A stretch of DNA of 64,000 nt from Candidatus Stercoripulliclostridium sp. (GCA_045577735.1 JAZNIY010000004.1:40564-104563), one strand, 5' to 3'; counted from the stretch's first letter, positions 37,946 to 49,276 are shown. A program made the numbers and translations. The notes: generated by a model from the letters alone, not told the origin.

Positions 37946-39199
37946 ATGATAGATTTAAGACCTATAAAATCAGCTGACCCTGAGTTATATGACGTTTTAG
38001 TTAAAGAGTTACGTCGTCAACAAAACAACGTTGAACTAATTGCTAGCGAAAATTTTGTTTCGCTTCCCACTTTGACCGTTGCAGGAACCCATTTGACGAA
38101 TAAATATGCTGAAGGATATCCTGGAAAACGTTATTATGGTGGATGTGCTTACGTCGATATTGCTGAAAATTTAGCTATAGAAAGAGCAAAAAAACTCTTT
38201 AATGTAAAATACGTTAATGTTCAACCACATTCAGGTAGTAGTGCCAATATTCAAGTATACTTTAGCTTGTTAAAAAATGGTGATACTATTTTGGGTATGG
38301 ACCTTGCTCATGGTGGTCATTTAACTCATGGTAGCCCAGTAAATCTTAGTGGTAAAAACTATAATTTCGTATCATATGGTGTAGGCGAAGATGGATTTAT
38401 AGATTATGATCAAGTTGAAAGAGTCGCAAAAGAAAAAAACGTTAAGTTGATTGTTGCTGGTGCGAGTGCTTACCCAAGAGCAATTGATTTTAAGAAGTTT
38501 AGAGAGATTGCTGACAAGGTTGGTGCATACTTAATGGTTGATATAGCACATATTGCTGGTTTGATTGTCGCCGGTGAACATGAAAGTCCAGTAAATTATG
38601 CCGACGTCGTAACGACTACCACGCACAAGACTTTACGTGGTCCAAGGGGTGGCATGATTATGACCAATAATGATGATGTTGCAAAACTGATTAATAAGGC
38701 AGTATTCCCTGGAACGCAAGGTGGGCCATTAATGCATATTATTGCTGCAAAGGCTATGGCATTTAAGGAGGCTTTAACTGAAGAGTTTAAAGAGTATCAA
38801 AAACAAATCGTTAAAAATGCATCTGCCTTGGCTAAGACATTAATGGATGCTGGTATAAAACTATTTAGTAATGGCACGGACAACCATTTGATGCTTATAG
38901 ATTTGCGTGGAACTGGTGTGAGTGGCAAAAGGCTTGAGAATTTGCTAGATGAAGCACACATTACCGCTAATAAAAACAGTATACCCAATGATAATGCTAG
39001 TCCATTTGATCCTAATGGTTTACGAATTGGAACGCCTGCTGTTACATCAAGGGGTATGAAAGAAGAAGATATGGTTGTTATTGCTAACTGTATCGTAGAT
39101 ATAATAAAGAATCAAGAAGAAGCTGTTGAAAGGGTATCTGGCAAAATTAAACAATTAACAGATAATTATCCTTTGTATGCAAATGATTTTATACTTTAA
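37946..39199 (+). CDS. glyA: Serine hydroxymethyltransferase
   Basis: The [19 protein letters not shown] and [14 protein letters not shown] motifs are present. Confidence 0.97.
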   Translation: MIDLRPIKSADPELYDVLVKELRRQQNNVELIASENFVSLPTLTVAGTHLTNKYAEGYPGKRYYGGCAYVDIAENLAIERAKKLFNVKYVNVQPHSGSSANIQVYFSLLKNGDTILGMDLAHGGHLTHGSPVNLSGKNYNFVSYGVGEDGFIDYDQVERVAKEKNVKLIVAGASAYPRAIDFKKFREIADKVGAYLMVDIAHIAGLIVAGEHESPVNYADVVTTTTHKTLRGPRGGMIMTNNDDVAKLINKAVFPGTQGGPLMHIIAAKAMAFKEALTEEFKEYQKQIVKNASALAKTLMDAGIKLFSNGTDNHLMLIDLRGTGVSGKRLENLLDEAHITANKNSIPNDNASPFDPNGLRIGTPAVTSRGMKEEDMVVIANCIVDIIKNQEEAVERVSGKIKQLTDNYPLYANDFIL

Positions 39200-39210
39200 G
39201 GTGAAAAAAC

Positions 39211-40395
39211 ATGAAAGTTTATTTAGATAATTCTGCTACAACTAATTTGGATAAAGAAGTATTGGAAGCAATGCTCCCATATTATACTGATGTGTTTGGT
39301 AATCCTAGTTCACTACATAGTTATGGCAGAAGGGCTTTAAAAGCTGTTGATGACGCACGCGAAACCATAGCAAAGTGTATTGGTGCTAAGTCTAATGAAA
39401 TATACTTTACTTCCGGTGGCAGTGAATCCGATAACTGGGCGTTAAAAGGTGTAGTAAAAGCTAGTAAGCAATCTAAAAAGCATATTATTACATCTAGCAT
39501 TGAGCATCCCGCGATTATGGACACTTTGTCATATCTTGAAGAGAAAGAAGGTGTAGAAGTAACCTATCTTCCTGTTGATAAAGACGGACGCGTTTCTTTA
39601 CAAGATATCGAAGAAGCGGTAACCGATAATACCATTTTGGTATCCATAATGTTTGCTAATAATGAAATGGGAGCTGTTCAGCCCATTGCAGAAATAGGTA
39701 AGTTTTGTAAGGAAGAAGGAATATTGTTCCATACAGATGCTGTACAGGCAATGGATTCTCAAGTTATAGACGTTAACGCTCTTAATATCGATTTACTATC
39801 TATGACGGCACACAAATTCCATGGACCGAAAGGAATAGGTGTACTATATATTCGTTCTGGTGTGAAGATTGATAGACTTATACACGGTGGTCATCAAGAG
39901 CGCAGAATGAGGGCTGGCACCACGGATACTCCTTTGATAGTTGGTATGGCAAAAGCATTAGAAATAGCTACTAGAGATAGAAAGGAAAATAATGCACGTA
40001 TTTCTGCATTGCGCGATGCTTTTGTAAAACGTGTTCTTAACGAAATACCTTTTGTATATTTAAACGGTGGTATGGAGCATAGATTACCCAATAATGCAAA
40101 TTTAAGTTTTGCTTATATAGAAGGGGAGAGTATTTTAATTAATCTTGATCTTGCTGGAATTGCGGTAAGCAGTGGTTCAGCTTGTTCATCTGGATCACTT
40201 GAACCTTCACACGTTATTTTAGCATTAGGGGTTAAAGAAGAATTAGCACACAGCTCAATTCGTTTTAGCCTTGGTAAAGATACCACACAAGAAGAAATGG
40301 ATTACACTTTCGACGTTTTGAAGGCGAGCGTTGAAAGACTTCGTCAAATGTCGCCTTTATTTAATATGGAAAAAGGAACAGGTAGTTATGTATAA
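39211..40395 (+). CDS. nifS: Cysteine desulfurase (NifS type, class V aminotransferase)
   Basis: It has YLDNSATT, the HKFHGPKGIG PLP-Lys motif and the SSGSACSSG active-site Cys loop. Confidence 0.93.
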   Translation: MKVYLDNSATTNLDKEVLEAMLPYYTDVFGNPSSLHSYGRRALKAVDDARETIAKCIGAKSNEIYFTSGGSESDNWALKGVVKASKQSKKHIITSSIEHPAIMDTLSYLEEKEGVEVTYLPVDKDGRVSLQDIEEAVTDNTILVSIMFANNEMGAVQPIAEIGKFCKEEGILFHTDAVQAMDSQVIDVNALNIDLLSMTAHKFHGPKGIGVLYIRSGVKIDRLIHGGHQERRMRAGTTDTPLIVGMAKALEIATRDRKENNARISALRDAFVKRVLNEIPFVYLNGGMEHRLPNNANLSFAYIEGESILINLDLAGIAVSSGSACSSGSLEPSHVILALGVKEELAHSSIRFSLGKDTTQEEMDYTFDVLKASVERLRQMSPLFNMEKGTGSYV

Positions 40396-40756
40396 TGATA
40401 AAGTTCTAGAAGTATTTGCAAATCCTAAAAACGTTGGCGAGATGGAAAATGCTGATGGTGTTGGAACTATTGGTAATGCCTCTTGTGGCGATATTATGCG
40501 CATATATATAAAGGTTGAAAACGAGATTATAACCGATGCCAAATTCAAGACATTTGGTTGCGCTGCTGCTATTGCAACTGCATCTACTGCTACCGATATG
40601 ATTATTGGTAAAACTATAGATGAGGCATTAGCAATAAAAAATGCTGACGTAGTAGCATTTTTGGGTGGTTTGCCCCCACAAAAAATACACTGCTCAGTGT
40701 TGGCGGAAGAAGCAATTCATGCCGCTGTAGAAGATTATAGATCAAAGCAAAAATAG
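40388..40756 (+). CDS. nifU: Fe-S cluster assembly scaffold (NifU N-terminal / IscU-like)
   Basis: The NPKNVGEM..GNASCGD, FKTFGCAAAIA and KIHCSVLAEEA segments are present. The ATG at 40388 overlaps the nifS end by 8 nt. Confidence 0.92.
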   Translation: MYNDKVLEVFANPKNVGEMENADGVGTIGNASCGDIMRIYIKVENEIITDAKFKTFGCAAAIATASTATDMIIGKTIDEALAIKNADVVAFLGGLPPQKIHCSVLAEEAIHAAVEDYRSKQK

Positions 40757-40760
40757 TTAA

Positions 40761-42569
40761 ATGGATAATAGACAAGATAAAATTAGGAATTTTTGTATAG
40801 TTGCTCACATCGACCATGGTAAAAGTACTTTGGCAGATAGGATTATTGAACATACTGGCTGTGTGTCAAATCGTGATATGAAAGATCAACTCCTTGATAG
40901 CATGGATATCGAGAGAGAGCGTGGTATAACCATTAAACTAACGCCGGTTAGAATGTTTTATAACCATAAAGGTGAAGAGTATACTCTTAATTTGATCGAT
41001 ACGCCCGGGCACGTTGACTTTACCTATGAAGTATCTCGTTCTTTGGCTGCTTGTGAAGGTGCCATTTTAATAGTAGATGCTACTCAAGGAATAGAGGCTC
41101 AAACTCTTACTAACGCTTATCTTGCTATTGATAATAATCTTGAAATAATACCCGTTATTAATAAAATAGATCTTGCTTCGGCAGATCCCGATTCTTGCAA
41201 GCAAGAAATTGAAGACGTTATTGGCTTGCCTGCTGATGAAGCCCCTTTGATTAGCGCTAAAGAAGGTATAAACATTGAGGAAGTAATTCAGCAAGTAATA
41301 GAAAAATTACCATCACCATCAGGAGATGAAAATGCTCCATTTAGAGCTTTAATTTTTGATAGCGCATACGATAATTACAAGGGTGCAATTTGTAATATTA
41401 GAGTTGTTGATGGCGAGATTAAAGCTGGTACAAAAATAAAAATGATGGCTACTGGTAAGGTCTTTGAATGTACAGAAGTTGGAGTTTTTTCGCCCAATAT
41501 GCAAGCCGTGCCAGTTTTGAAAGCGGGTGACGTTGGATATCTTGCTGCAAGTATTAAGAACGTTAAGGATACTGCAGTGGGTGATACTATAACCACAGTT
41601 GAGGACGGAGCAGATGAACCATTGCCTGGTTATAAAAAAGTACTGCCAATGGTGTTTGCTGGTATTTACCCCGCAGATGGATCAAAATATAACGATTTGA
41701 GAGAAGCTCTCGAAAAATTAAACCTTAATGATGCGGCACTATTATTTGAGCCTGAAACTTCTGGTGCTCTTGGATATGGTTTTAGAGCAGGTTTCTTAGG
41801 TCTACTCCATATGGAGGTTATAGAAGAAAGACTCGAAAGAGAGTTTGACTTGGACTTGGTAACAACTGCACCAAGTGTTAGTTATAAAGTTAAAAAGACA
41901 AATGGTGAAGTTATTAACGTAGATAATCCTTCACACTTGCCTAACCCCACAGAAATAGAAGAAATATTAGAGCCCGTTGTTGCTGCTAGTATTTATACTC
42001 CACCAGAATATGTGGGATCCATAATGGAACTTTGTCAAGAAAAAAGAGGTGTGTTTATTACTCTTACATACTTGGATCAATCACGTGTAAAAGTGGATTA
42101 TAAGATTCCACTTGCTGAGATCATATATGACTTTTTCGATGCTTTAAAATCACGTACCCGTGGATATGCTAGCCTTGAGTACGAACTTGACGGCTATAAA
42201 GCAGATGATTTGGTTAAATTGGACTTTTTGTTGAATGGAGAGCCTTGTGATGCTTTGTCACTTATTGTACATAGGGATAAAGCGTATGCTCGTGGAAGGA
42301 GAATTGCAGAAAGACTTAAAGAAGTAATTCCAAGACAAATGTTTGAAATTCCAATACAAGCAACAATTGGAACTAAGATTATAGCGCGCGAAACCGTTAA
42401 AGCATTGCGTAAAGACGTTCTTGCTAAGTGTTATGGCGGTGACATAACCCGTAAGAAAAAACTTCTTGAAAAACAAAAAGAGGGCAAAAAGCGTATGCGT
42501 CAATTTGGCTCCGTTGCTATTCCTTCAGAAGCATTTATGTCCATTCTTAAGTTTGATGAAAACGTCTAA
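40761..42569 (+). CDS. lepA: Elongation factor 4 (LepA)
   Basis: It has [28 protein letters not shown] and NKIDL motifs and a LepA-specific C-terminus. Confidence 0.97.
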   Translation: MDNRQDKIRNFCIVAHIDHGKSTLADRIIEHTGCVSNRDMKDQLLDSMDIERERGITIKLTPVRMFYNHKGEEYTLNLIDTPGHVDFTYEVSRSLAACEGAILIVDATQGIEAQTLTNAYLAIDNNLEIIPVINKIDLASADPDSCKQEIEDVIGLPADEAPLISAKEGINIEEVIQQVIEKLPSPSGDENAPFRALIFDSAYDNYKGAICNIRVVDGEIKAGTKIKMMATGKVFECTEVGVFSPNMQAVPVLKAGDVGYLAASIKNVKDTAVGDTITTVEDGADEPLPGYKKVLPMVFAGIYPADGSKYNDLREALEKLNLNDAALLFEPETSGALGYGFRAGFLGLLHMEVIEERLEREFDLDLVTTAPSVSYKVKKTNGEVINVDNPSHLPNPTEIEEILEPVVAASIYTPPEYVGSIMELCQEKRGVFITLTYLDQSRVKVDYKIPLAEIIYDFFDALKSRTRGYASLEYELDGYKADDLVKLDFLLNGEPCDALSLIVHRDKAYARGRRIAERLKEVIPRQMFEIPIQATIGTKIIARETVKALRKDVLAKCYGGDITRKKKLLEKQKEGKKRMRQFGSVAIPSEAFMSILKFDENV

Positions 42570-43671
42570 GGGGCTATACATTCATATACCATTTTGTTTA
42601 TCAAAGTGTACCTATTGTGACTTTTATTCAGTAGCTATAGATACAGAAATGATGAATTCTTACGTTGATGCTTTGGTTGATGAGATTAGGCTTTCCGGTT
42701 TAAAAAATGAGGAAACAATTTTAGATAGTATTTATATAGGGGGCGGTACCCCGAGTGTGTTACCGCTTTCTTTCTTGGAAAAAATAGTATTAGCTATTCA
42801 TAATAGTTTCTCTTTAAATTTAAAAGAGTTTTCTATTGAGGTTAATCCAGCAACTAATATTAATTTTAAAAATTATCGCGACCTGGGAATAGATAGGGTA
42901 AGTTTAGGTGTTCAAACTTTAAATGACAAACTACTAAAAATTATTGGCAGAAGACATGATTCAACTTTAGCTTTAAAAACTATTGATGAAGCTAATAAAT
43001 ATTTTGACAATGTTTCATGTGATCTAATGATTGGTTTACCTACTCAAACTAATTTTGACGTCGAGGCTTCAGCTAAAACGTTGTCAAGTAAGGTTAAGCA
43101 TATTTCGATGTATATGCTTAAACTATCTAACAATGTAAAAATGGCAAATCAAATTCGAAAAAGAGATTTTTGTTTGCCGAATGATGATGATACTGTTGAC
43201 CAATATGAAATTGCTTATGACATATTTAAAAATAATGGATTATATCGTTATGAAATAAGCAACTTTTCTGCGCCTCAATACGAGAGTTATCATAATCTTA
43301 AATATTGGAACAGAGAACAATATATAGGACTTGGCGCGTCAGCTCACGGCTTTGTTAATAACGAGCGATATTATAACCCATCAAATATTAAAGAATATAT
43401 TGCTGGTAAGAACTATGGTCACGGCAAGGAAATTAAAGAATTTGTCTCGGAAAGTGAAGCTTTGTTTGAAACTATCATGCTTGCATTAAGGATGCCAAAA
43501 GGAATAGACATAAGTTCTATTAATCGTGCTTTTAATATAGATTTTGAAGAAAAATATCGAGAACAATTGAATTATTTGAAACCATTCCTTCAAAAAGTTG
43601 ATAATCATATTTCCATTAAAGAAGATAAGCTTTTGTTAGAAAGCGCTATCGCGCGCGAGTTCATAATATAA
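42556..43671 (+). CDS. hemW: Radical SAM heme chaperone HemW (oxygen-independent coproporphyrinogen oxidase-like)
   Basis: It has [19 protein letters not shown] (a CxxxCxxC motif). I chose the ATG at 42556, which overlaps the lepA end by 14 nt. The track's longer 5' extension lies inside lepA. Confidence 0.9.
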   Translation: MKTSKGLYIHIPFCLSKCTYCDFYSVAIDTEMMNSYVDALVDEIRLSGLKNEETILDSIYIGGGTPSVLPLSFLEKIVLAIHNSFSLNLKEFSIEVNPATNINFKNYRDLGIDRVSLGVQTLNDKLLKIIGRRHDSTLALKTIDEANKYFDNVSCDLMIGLPTQTNFDVEASAKTLSSKVKHISMYMLKLSNNVKMANQIRKRDFCLPNDDDTVDQYEIAYDIFKNNGLYRYEISNFSAPQYESYHNLKYWNREQYIGLGASAHGFVNNERYYNPSNIKEYIAGKNYGHGKEIKEFVSESEALFETIMLALRMPKGIDISSINRAFNIDFEEKYREQLNYLKPFLQKVDNHISIKEDKLLLESAIAREFII

Positions 43672-43695
43672 TTTCAATTTTTTTGTTTTAACTTA

Positions 43696-43724
43696 TTGAC
43701 ATTGGACATAATAACGAATATAAT
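43696..43724 (+). promoter_or_regulatory. Sigma-A promoter of the hrcA-grpE-dnaK-dnaJ operon
   Basis: Consensus TTGACA (43696-43701), a 17-nt spacer, then consensus TATAAT (43719-43724). Confidence 0.85.
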
Positions 43725-43728
43725 AGAA

Positions 43729-43755
43729 TTAGCAATCGAGTTGTTGTATTGCTAA
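43729..43755 (+). promoter_or_regulatory. CIRCE operator (HrcA binding site)
   Basis: TTAGCAATC-N9-TATTGCTAA compared with the consensus TTAGCACTC-N9-GAGTGCTAA. It starts 4 nt after the -10 box, directly upstream of hrcA. Confidence 0.8.
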
Positions 43756-43791
43756 CAGACTTCTTGTTATATTGCTAATTTACAGGTGTGT

Positions 43792-44835
43792 ATGGAAAAA
43801 TTATTGTCAGAAAGAAAGCATAAAATTTTAAAAGCCGTTGTTGAGTACTATATTCAAAATGCTCAACCGGTTTCATCTGGTTGCATTCAAAAAGAAGTTT
43901 TTTCAAACATTAGCTCTGCTACTATAAGGGCAGAATTGGCTGCATTGGAAGATATGGGTTATCTAGTTCAACCTCATACTTCTGCCGGGCGTCGCCCAAC
44001 ACCAAAAGCTTACAAATATTACGTAAAGCATTTTGTTGGTAAAGCTCCACTTCGTAGAGAGGATGTCGCGCTTATTGATGCAACTTTTGCTGCTAAGTTT
44101 TCTGCAGTAGAGGATATTGTAAAAACGACAGCTAAAGTCATAAGTGACGTTACCAATTATACTTCCGTTATTGTTATAAAAAACATAAATAAAGTAACAA
44201 TACGGGAAATAAAATTAGTAGGGCTGGACGAGCATAGCGCATTGATTATTATAATCACTGACTCCGGAATAATTCGCGATAAAGTCATAACGTTAAACAA
44301 TTTTATTGACGATGAATTTATTAACAGTGCCTCTTTACTTATTAATAAAATTTTTGCTAATAAAAAAGTTGGTGAACTGGACAGTGCCGATATTTTAGTA
44401 AAAAAAGAACTTGAAGAGTTCCGTGAACTTTTTGATAGTGTAATTGGAATCTTACATGCCTATTGCGAACGCAATGATGAAGACGTGTATATGGAAGGTA
44501 CTAGCAAGCTTCTTGATTATCCTGAAACGGATCTTCAAAGCGCTAAGAACTTTTTAAGTGTTATAGATAATAAGTCTATGGTTGCACAATTAGTTGAAGA
44601 TGCTGAAGATATTGAGTTTAGCGTTAAAATTGGAAAAGATGAAACAGCTGGTATGGAAAAATGCGCTGTAATTACCGCAAAGTATTCAGTAAACGGTAAA
44701 GAGTTAGGCCATGCTGGTGTTATTGGACCAGAAAGAATGGATTACCAAAACGTAATGTCTGTTTTATCGTATATTGGAGATGCACTCAATGCTGTTATAA
44801 AGCGTGATAAAGGAGAGAATGATGACGAAGAATAA
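43792..44835 (+). CDS. hrcA: Heat-inducible transcription repressor HrcA
   Basis: The product has LSERKHKILKAVVEYYIQNAQPVSS and GVIGPERMDY. It is preceded by a CIRCE operator. The start could be the ATG at 43792 or the track GTG at 43786. Confidence 0.94.
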   Translation: MEKLLSERKHKILKAVVEYYIQNAQPVSSGCIQKEVFSNISSATIRAELAALEDMGYLVQPHTSAGRRPTPKAYKYYVKHFVGKAPLRREDVALIDATFAAKFSAVEDIVKTTAKVISDVTNYTSVIVIKNINKVTIREIKLVGLDEHSALIIIITDSGIIRDKVITLNNFIDDEFINSASLLINKIFANKKVGELDSADILVKKELEEFRELFDSVIGILHAYCERNDEDVYMEGTSKLLDYPETDLQSAKNFLSVIDNKSMVAQLVEDAEDIEFSVKIGKDETAGMEKCAVITAKYSVNGKELGHAGVIGPERMDYQNVMSVLSYIGDALNAVIKRDKGENDDEE

Positions 44836-45349
44836 TGATAACAACCAAGAAGAAGTTATTCAACAAGACATCGAAGAAGCGGTAGCCGAAAATGAAAATT
44901 TAGATGCCGAAAATATTGATATTGTTGCACTATCACAAGCAAAAATGGAAGAATACAAAGATTTAGCCCAAAGAACCCAAGCAGATTTTGACAACTTCCG
45001 TAAGCGGAATGCAGAAGCAGTCAAACAAGCTAGATTGGAAGGTGGTAATGACGTGGTTGTTTCAATGCTTCCAGTATTAGATACGGTAGAAATTGCTATC
45101 AATATGATTAGTGATGATGCAACAAAGGCTGGGGTGCAACTTATACAAAAGAAAATTCTAGAAGTATTTTCAAAGTACGGCGTAAAAGAAATAGAAGCAT
45201 TAGGAAAGGAATTCGATCCTAATTTCCACAACGCCATTATGCAAGTTGAAGATGCTGATAATGCTGGAAAAGTTGTTGAAGTATTACAAAAAGGATATAC
45301 TCGTGACGGCAAAGTCATAAGGTATTCTATGGTAAAAGTAGCAAATTAA
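44819..45349 (+). CDS. grpE: Nucleotide exchange factor GrpE
   Basis: It has an acidic N-terminus, DFDNFRKR, FDPNFHNA and a GYTRDGKVIRYSMV C-terminus. The ATG at 44819 follows an AAAGGAGAG RBS. Confidence 0.94.
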   Translation: MMTKNNDNNQEEVIQQDIEEAVAENENLDAENIDIVALSQAKMEEYKDLAQRTQADFDNFRKRNAEAVKQARLEGGNDVVVSMLPVLDTVEIAINMISDDATKAGVQLIQKKILEVFSKYGVKEIEALGKEFDPNFHNAIMQVEDADNAGKVVEVLQKGYTRDGKVIRYSMVKVAN

Positions 45350-45388
45350 GTTAATAATAATCGAAAATTATATATAAGGAGAAAATAT

Positions 45389-47200
45389 ATGTCTAAAATT
45401 ATAGGTATTGACCTTGGTACTACAAACTCATGTGTAGCAGTTATGGAAGGTGGTGAAGCAACCGTTATCGCCAATGCTGAAGGCGCACGTACTACTCCTT
45501 CTGTTGTGGGATTTGCTAAAAATGGTGAAAGACTTGTTGGCCAATTGGCAAAGAGACAAGCCGTTGTTAACCCCACTAAGACGGTAGCATCAATTAAAAG
45601 AGAGATGGGTACTAACTATAGAGTTAGTATTGATGATAAAAAATACACTCCCCAAGAAATCTCTGCAATGATTCTTACAAAACTTAAGAATGATGCAGAA
45701 TCATATATTGGGCAAAAGGTTACTCAAGCAGTTATAACCGTTCCTGCATATTTTTCCGACAGCCAACGTCAAGCTACAAAAGATGCTGGTAAAATCGCTG
45801 GACTAGAAGTTCTTCGTATCATAAATGAACCTACTGCAGCTGCCCTTGCTTATGGGCTTGATAAGGGTGAAAGCAGTCAAAAGGTACTAATTTATGACCT
45901 TGGTGGTGGTACTTTTGACGTTTCCATTCTTGAACTTGGTGATGGTGTATTTGAAGTTTTGGCAACAAACGGTAACACTCGTCTTGGTGGCGATGACTTC
46001 GATAACGTAATTATGAATTGGATCGTTGATGAATTTAAGAAGAGCGAAGGCATAGATTTGAGTGGTGATAAAATGGCAATGCAAAGGATTAAAGAAGCAG
46101 CTGAAAAGGCCAAGATCGAACTCAGCGGTATGACCAACGTTAACATTAACCTTCCTTTTATTACTGTAGGTGCAAATGGTCCCGTACACATCGATTTGGA
46201 TCTATCACGTGTTAAGTTCAACGATATGACAGCACACCTTGTTAAAGCAACCCTTGCTCCCATGCAACAAGCTATTAAAGATGCTAAATTAAAAATGAGC
46301 GAAATCGATAAGGTAGTTCTTGTTGGTGGTTCAACTCGTATTCCTGCTGTTGTAGAAGCAGTTAAAAATATTACTGGAAAAGAACCTTATAAAGGTATTA
46401 ACCCTGATGAATGTGTAGCTATTGGCGCTGCAATCCAAGGTGGCGTTTTAAGTGGTGAAGTTAAAGACGTTTTACTTCTAGACGTTACACCTTTGTCACT
46501 TGGCATTGAAACCATGGGTGGCGTATTTACTAGACTTATTGATAGAAATACTACCATTCCTACTAAGAAAAGCCAAATTTTCTCCACGGCAGCAGATAAC
46601 CAAACCTCTGTAGACGTTCACGTTTTGCAAGGTGAAAGAGCAATGGCAGCAGATAACAAGACTATTGGTAGATTTGAGCTTAATGGTATACCTCCAGCAA
46701 TGCGTGGGATTCCTCAAATCGAGGTTACTTTCGATATCGATGCTAATGGTATAGTTTCTGTTACGGCAGTTGATAAGGGCACTAATAAGTCTGCGAATAT
46801 AACCATTACTGCATCATCAAATCTTTCAGAAGCAGATATTGATAAGGCTGTAAAAGAAGCTGAACAATTTGCAGAAGAAGACAAGAAACGTAGAGAGTTG
46901 GTTGATATGAAGAACCAAGGCGAACAGCTCATTTTAGCTATAGAAAAAACCATCTCTGAATCTGGTGATAAACTAAGTGAAGAGGACAAAAACGCATTGA
47001 CTGACGCGGCTAAAAATGCAAAAGAAAAGCTAGTTTCTGCAGATGACGTTGATACCGTTAAGGCAATTACTGAAGAACTATCTAAAGTTGCTAACCCCAT
47101 CTTTACAAAGTTATATCAAGATGCACAAGCACAAGCCGGTCAAAATGGAAACTTTGATGACGATAGCACCATCAACGTAAATCCTGATGATATTAATTAA
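45389..47200 (+). CDS. dnaK: Molecular chaperone DnaK
   Basis: The [25 protein letters not shown] and [10 protein letters not shown] motifs are present. Confidence 0.98.
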   Translation: MSKIIGIDLGTTNSCVAVMEGGEATVIANAEGARTTPSVVGFAKNGERLVGQLAKRQAVVNPTKTVASIKREMGTNYRVSIDDKKYTPQEISAMILTKLKNDAESYIGQKVTQAVITVPAYFSDSQRQATKDAGKIAGLEVLRIINEPTAAALAYGLDKGESSQKVLIYDLGGGTFDVSILELGDGVFEVLATNGNTRLGGDDFDNVIMNWIVDEFKKSEGIDLSGDKMAMQRIKEAAEKAKIELSGMTNVNINLPFITVGANGPVHIDLDLSRVKFNDMTAHLVKATLAPMQQAIKDAKLKMSEIDKVVLVGGSTRIPAVVEAVKNITGKEPYKGINPDECVAIGAAIQGGVLSGEVKDVLLLDVTPLSLGIETMGGVFTRLIDRNTTIPTKKSQIFSTAADNQTSVDVHVLQGERAMAADNKTIGRFELNGIPPAMRGIPQIEVTFDIDANGIVSVTAVDKGTNKSANITITASSNLSEADIDKAVKEAEQFAEEDKKRRELVDMKNQGEQLILAIEKTISESGDKLSEEDKNALTDAAKNAKEKLVSADDVDTVKAITEELSKVANPIFTKLYQDAQAQAGQNGNFDDDSTINVNPDDIN

Positions 47201-47216
47201 TTATTAAGGAATTGAA

Positions 47217-48362
47217 ATGGCAAAGGATTATTACGGCATATTAGGTGTCGAAAAAAATGCGAGCGCGGACGAAATTAAGTCCGCGTATCGTCGTATGGCT
47301 AAAAAATATCACCCAGACGTTTACGCTACGGCAAGTGAAAAAGAAAAGTCCGAGGCAGAAACAAAGTTTAAAGACGTTCAACATGCTTATGCTGTACTAT
47401 CTGATCCTCAAAAGAAAGCTGCATATGATCAATATGGCAGTGAGGATGGTCCAACTTTCAATGGTGGCGCTGGTAGCACAGGGTTTAATCCTTTTGGTGG
47501 CGCAGGATTTGGTGATATTTTTAGCGATATATTCAGCGCTTTTAATGGTGGTGGTTCACGTGCTGCCAACGCAATGCGTGATGGTGAAGATATAGAATTA
47601 GAAATCACGTTATCCTTTAGGGAAGCTTGTTTTGGCGTAAATAAGGAGATAAATTATACTAGAATAGAAAAGTGTAACACCTGTAATGGTACCGGTGCAA
47701 AAAATGGTTCTAGCGTTAAAACTTGCTCAAAATGTGGTGGTCGTGGTAGAGTTGTTGTTCAACAGCGCACTATGCTTGGCGTTATGCAAACAGAAAGAGT
47801 TTGTGATATGTGTGGCGGTACGGGCAAGATCATTATGGAAAATTGTCCCGATTGCAAAGGTAAAGGTAAAATACGTAAGCAATGCACAAAGAACATAAAT
47901 ATTCCTGCAGGTGTCGACAACGGCCAAATGCTAAACGTCCCAGGTGGTGGCCATGCAGGCTATAATGGTGGTGGATATGGTAACCTAATTTTGGTGTTTA
48001 GAGTAAGACCACACAATCTATTCGTTCGTAAGGGTAACGATTTGCATCTTGAACTTCCAATATCTATAACCCAGGCTGTTTTTGGGGATGAAATTGAAAT
48101 TCCTACAATGGATAAACCAGTTAGAATCGAAATTCCTGCTGGAACTAAAAATGGAACAGTGCTAAAGGTTCGTGGAAAGGGCGTTAAAGATTTGAGAAAA
48201 AATTCATACGGAGATTTATTGGTTACTATAAAGGTGGACGTTCCGAAAAATTTGTCTAATCGTCAAAGGAAAGAGTATCGTTCATACTTTGAAGAATTAG
48301 ATAAAACTGCTCAGTATGATGAAATAGAAAAATACAATAAAAAACTTAAAAATATCGAGTAA
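47217..48362 (+). CDS. dnaJ: Molecular chaperone DnaJ
   Basis: It has a J domain (DYYGILGV..HPD), a G/F region and four CxxCxGxG repeats. Confidence 0.97.
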   Translation: MAKDYYGILGVEKNASADEIKSAYRRMAKKYHPDVYATASEKEKSEAETKFKDVQHAYAVLSDPQKKAAYDQYGSEDGPTFNGGAGSTGFNPFGGAGFGDIFSDIFSAFNGGGSRAANAMRDGEDIELEITLSFREACFGVNKEINYTRIEKCNTCNGTGAKNGSSVKTCSKCGGRGRVVVQQRTMLGVMQTERVCDMCGGTGKIIMENCPDCKGKGKIRKQCTKNINIPAGVDNGQMLNVPGGGHAGYNGGGYGNLILVFRVRPHNLFVRKGNDLHLELPISITQAVFGDEIEIPTMDKPVRIEIPAGTKNGTVLKVRGKGVKDLRKNSYGDLLVTIKVDVPKNLSNRQRKEYRSYFEELDKTAQYDEIEKYNKKLKNIE

Positions 48363-49276
48363 TGTATAAAGAAATAGTTGTTATAACAAAGAGTGCCGCC
48401 TCGGATGCTGTCGCATATATTATGTGGGAGCTAGGAGCAAACGGAGTCAAGGTCATGGATCCCAAAGACCTTGACTTTGTTTTACATAGCGATACTTGTT
48501 GGGACTACGTAGATGATAATTTATTAAACCTTCCCGATGACGTTAAAGTTAGTTTTTTTGTTGAGGAAGAGGAGGTTTTAACCAAACTGGAACAGTTAAA
48601 ATCCGCTTTAGTTGAACTTGAAAATAAATACGGTAAAATGGATATAGCTGTAGAAGACGTTCCAGACGTTGATTGGGGAGAAGATTGGAAAAAGTTTTAT
48701 AAGCCAATTAAAGTAGGCAACTATAACGTTATAGCTGAATGGCTCGATGACGTTAATGATGGTATTACGATTAAAGTTAATCCTTCTAATGCTTTTGGAA
48801 CAGGAGAGCATTCTAGTACCAGACTTTGTTTAACGCTTATGTCAAATACTGATTTTAAATCAAAATCAGTTATAGACGTAGGTGCAGGAAGTGGAATACT
48901 TGGTATTGCTGCAGCAAAATCAGGGGCAAAAAGTATCAATATGTGTGATATAGATAAAGAAACCTTAAAATGTGCAGAAGAGAATTCACTATTAAATGAA
49001 GTGTACGATAAGGTGATTTTGACGGCTGGTGGCATTGAAGCTATCCCTCAATTTAAAGCTGATATATTACTTTGTAATCTTACAGCTGATATTTTGAATA
49101 AAATCCTTGTTAACCTCACTAGATATATTAAGGAAAATGGTATTGTTATTTGCTCTGGTATATTAGACACAAGAGCTGAGGAAATAATTGATAATTTTAA
49201 AACTAAAAGTTTTAAATTAATAGAAAGAGTTGACGAGGGTGAATGGGTTGGGTTAAAATTCATTTATGGAGCTTAA
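48362..49276 (+). CDS. prmA: Ribosomal protein L11 methyltransferase
   Basis: The NAFGTGEHSSTRLCL and DVGAGSGILGIAA motifs are present. It has a TAATG overlap with dnaJ. Confidence 0.92.
   Translation: MYKEIVVITKSAASDAVAYIMWELGANGVKVMDPKDLDFVLHSDTCWDYVDDNLLNLPDDVKVSFFVEEEEVLTKLEQLKSALVELENKYGKMDIAVEDVPDVDWGEDWKKFYKPIKVGNYNVIAEWLDDVNDGITIKVNPSNAFGTGEHSSTRLCLTLMSNTDFKSKSVIDVGAGSGILGIAAAKSGAKSINMCDIDKETLKCAEENSLLNEVYDKVILTAGGIEAIPQFKADILLCNLTADILNKILVNLTRYIKENGIVICSGILDTRAEEIIDNFKTKSFKLIERVDEGEWVGLKFIYGA

Noticed and set aside
42466-42555. 5' extensions of track ORFs that overlap the preceding gene. These are hemW from 42466, the MTHFS gene from 4686, nifU from 40331, the HIT gene from 51183, the zinc-ribbon gene from 59438 and the hypothetical from 54707.
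   Set aside because: In each case an internal ATG with a proper Shine-Dalgarno gives an N-terminus matching the family. The extension encodes sequence in the alternate frame of the upstream gene or AT-rich noise.
44860-45318. Long antisense ORFs inside conserved genes. Examples: 152 aa opposite grpE (44860-45318); 123 and 128 aa opposite dnaK (45892-46263, 46714-47100); 126 aa opposite trmFO (31028-31408); 120 aa opposite ftsY (17327-17689); 119 aa opposite ffh (18695-19054); and several opposite smc.
   Set aside because: All lie wholly within strongly conserved sense genes and lack RBS-like sequences. They translate to Ser/Leu/Phe/Ile-rich low-complexity strings, as expected from the reverse complement of GAA/AAA/GAT-rich codons in an AT-rich genome. 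These are shadow ORFs with no evidence of coding.
47245-47595. Same-strand alternative-frame ORFs inside genes, such as 116 aa within dnaJ (47245-47595), 66 aa within iorA (758-958) and 76 aa within paaK (2167-2397).
   Set aside because: They are embedded out of frame in genes with unambiguous family motifs. They have no independent start signals and their composition is implausible.
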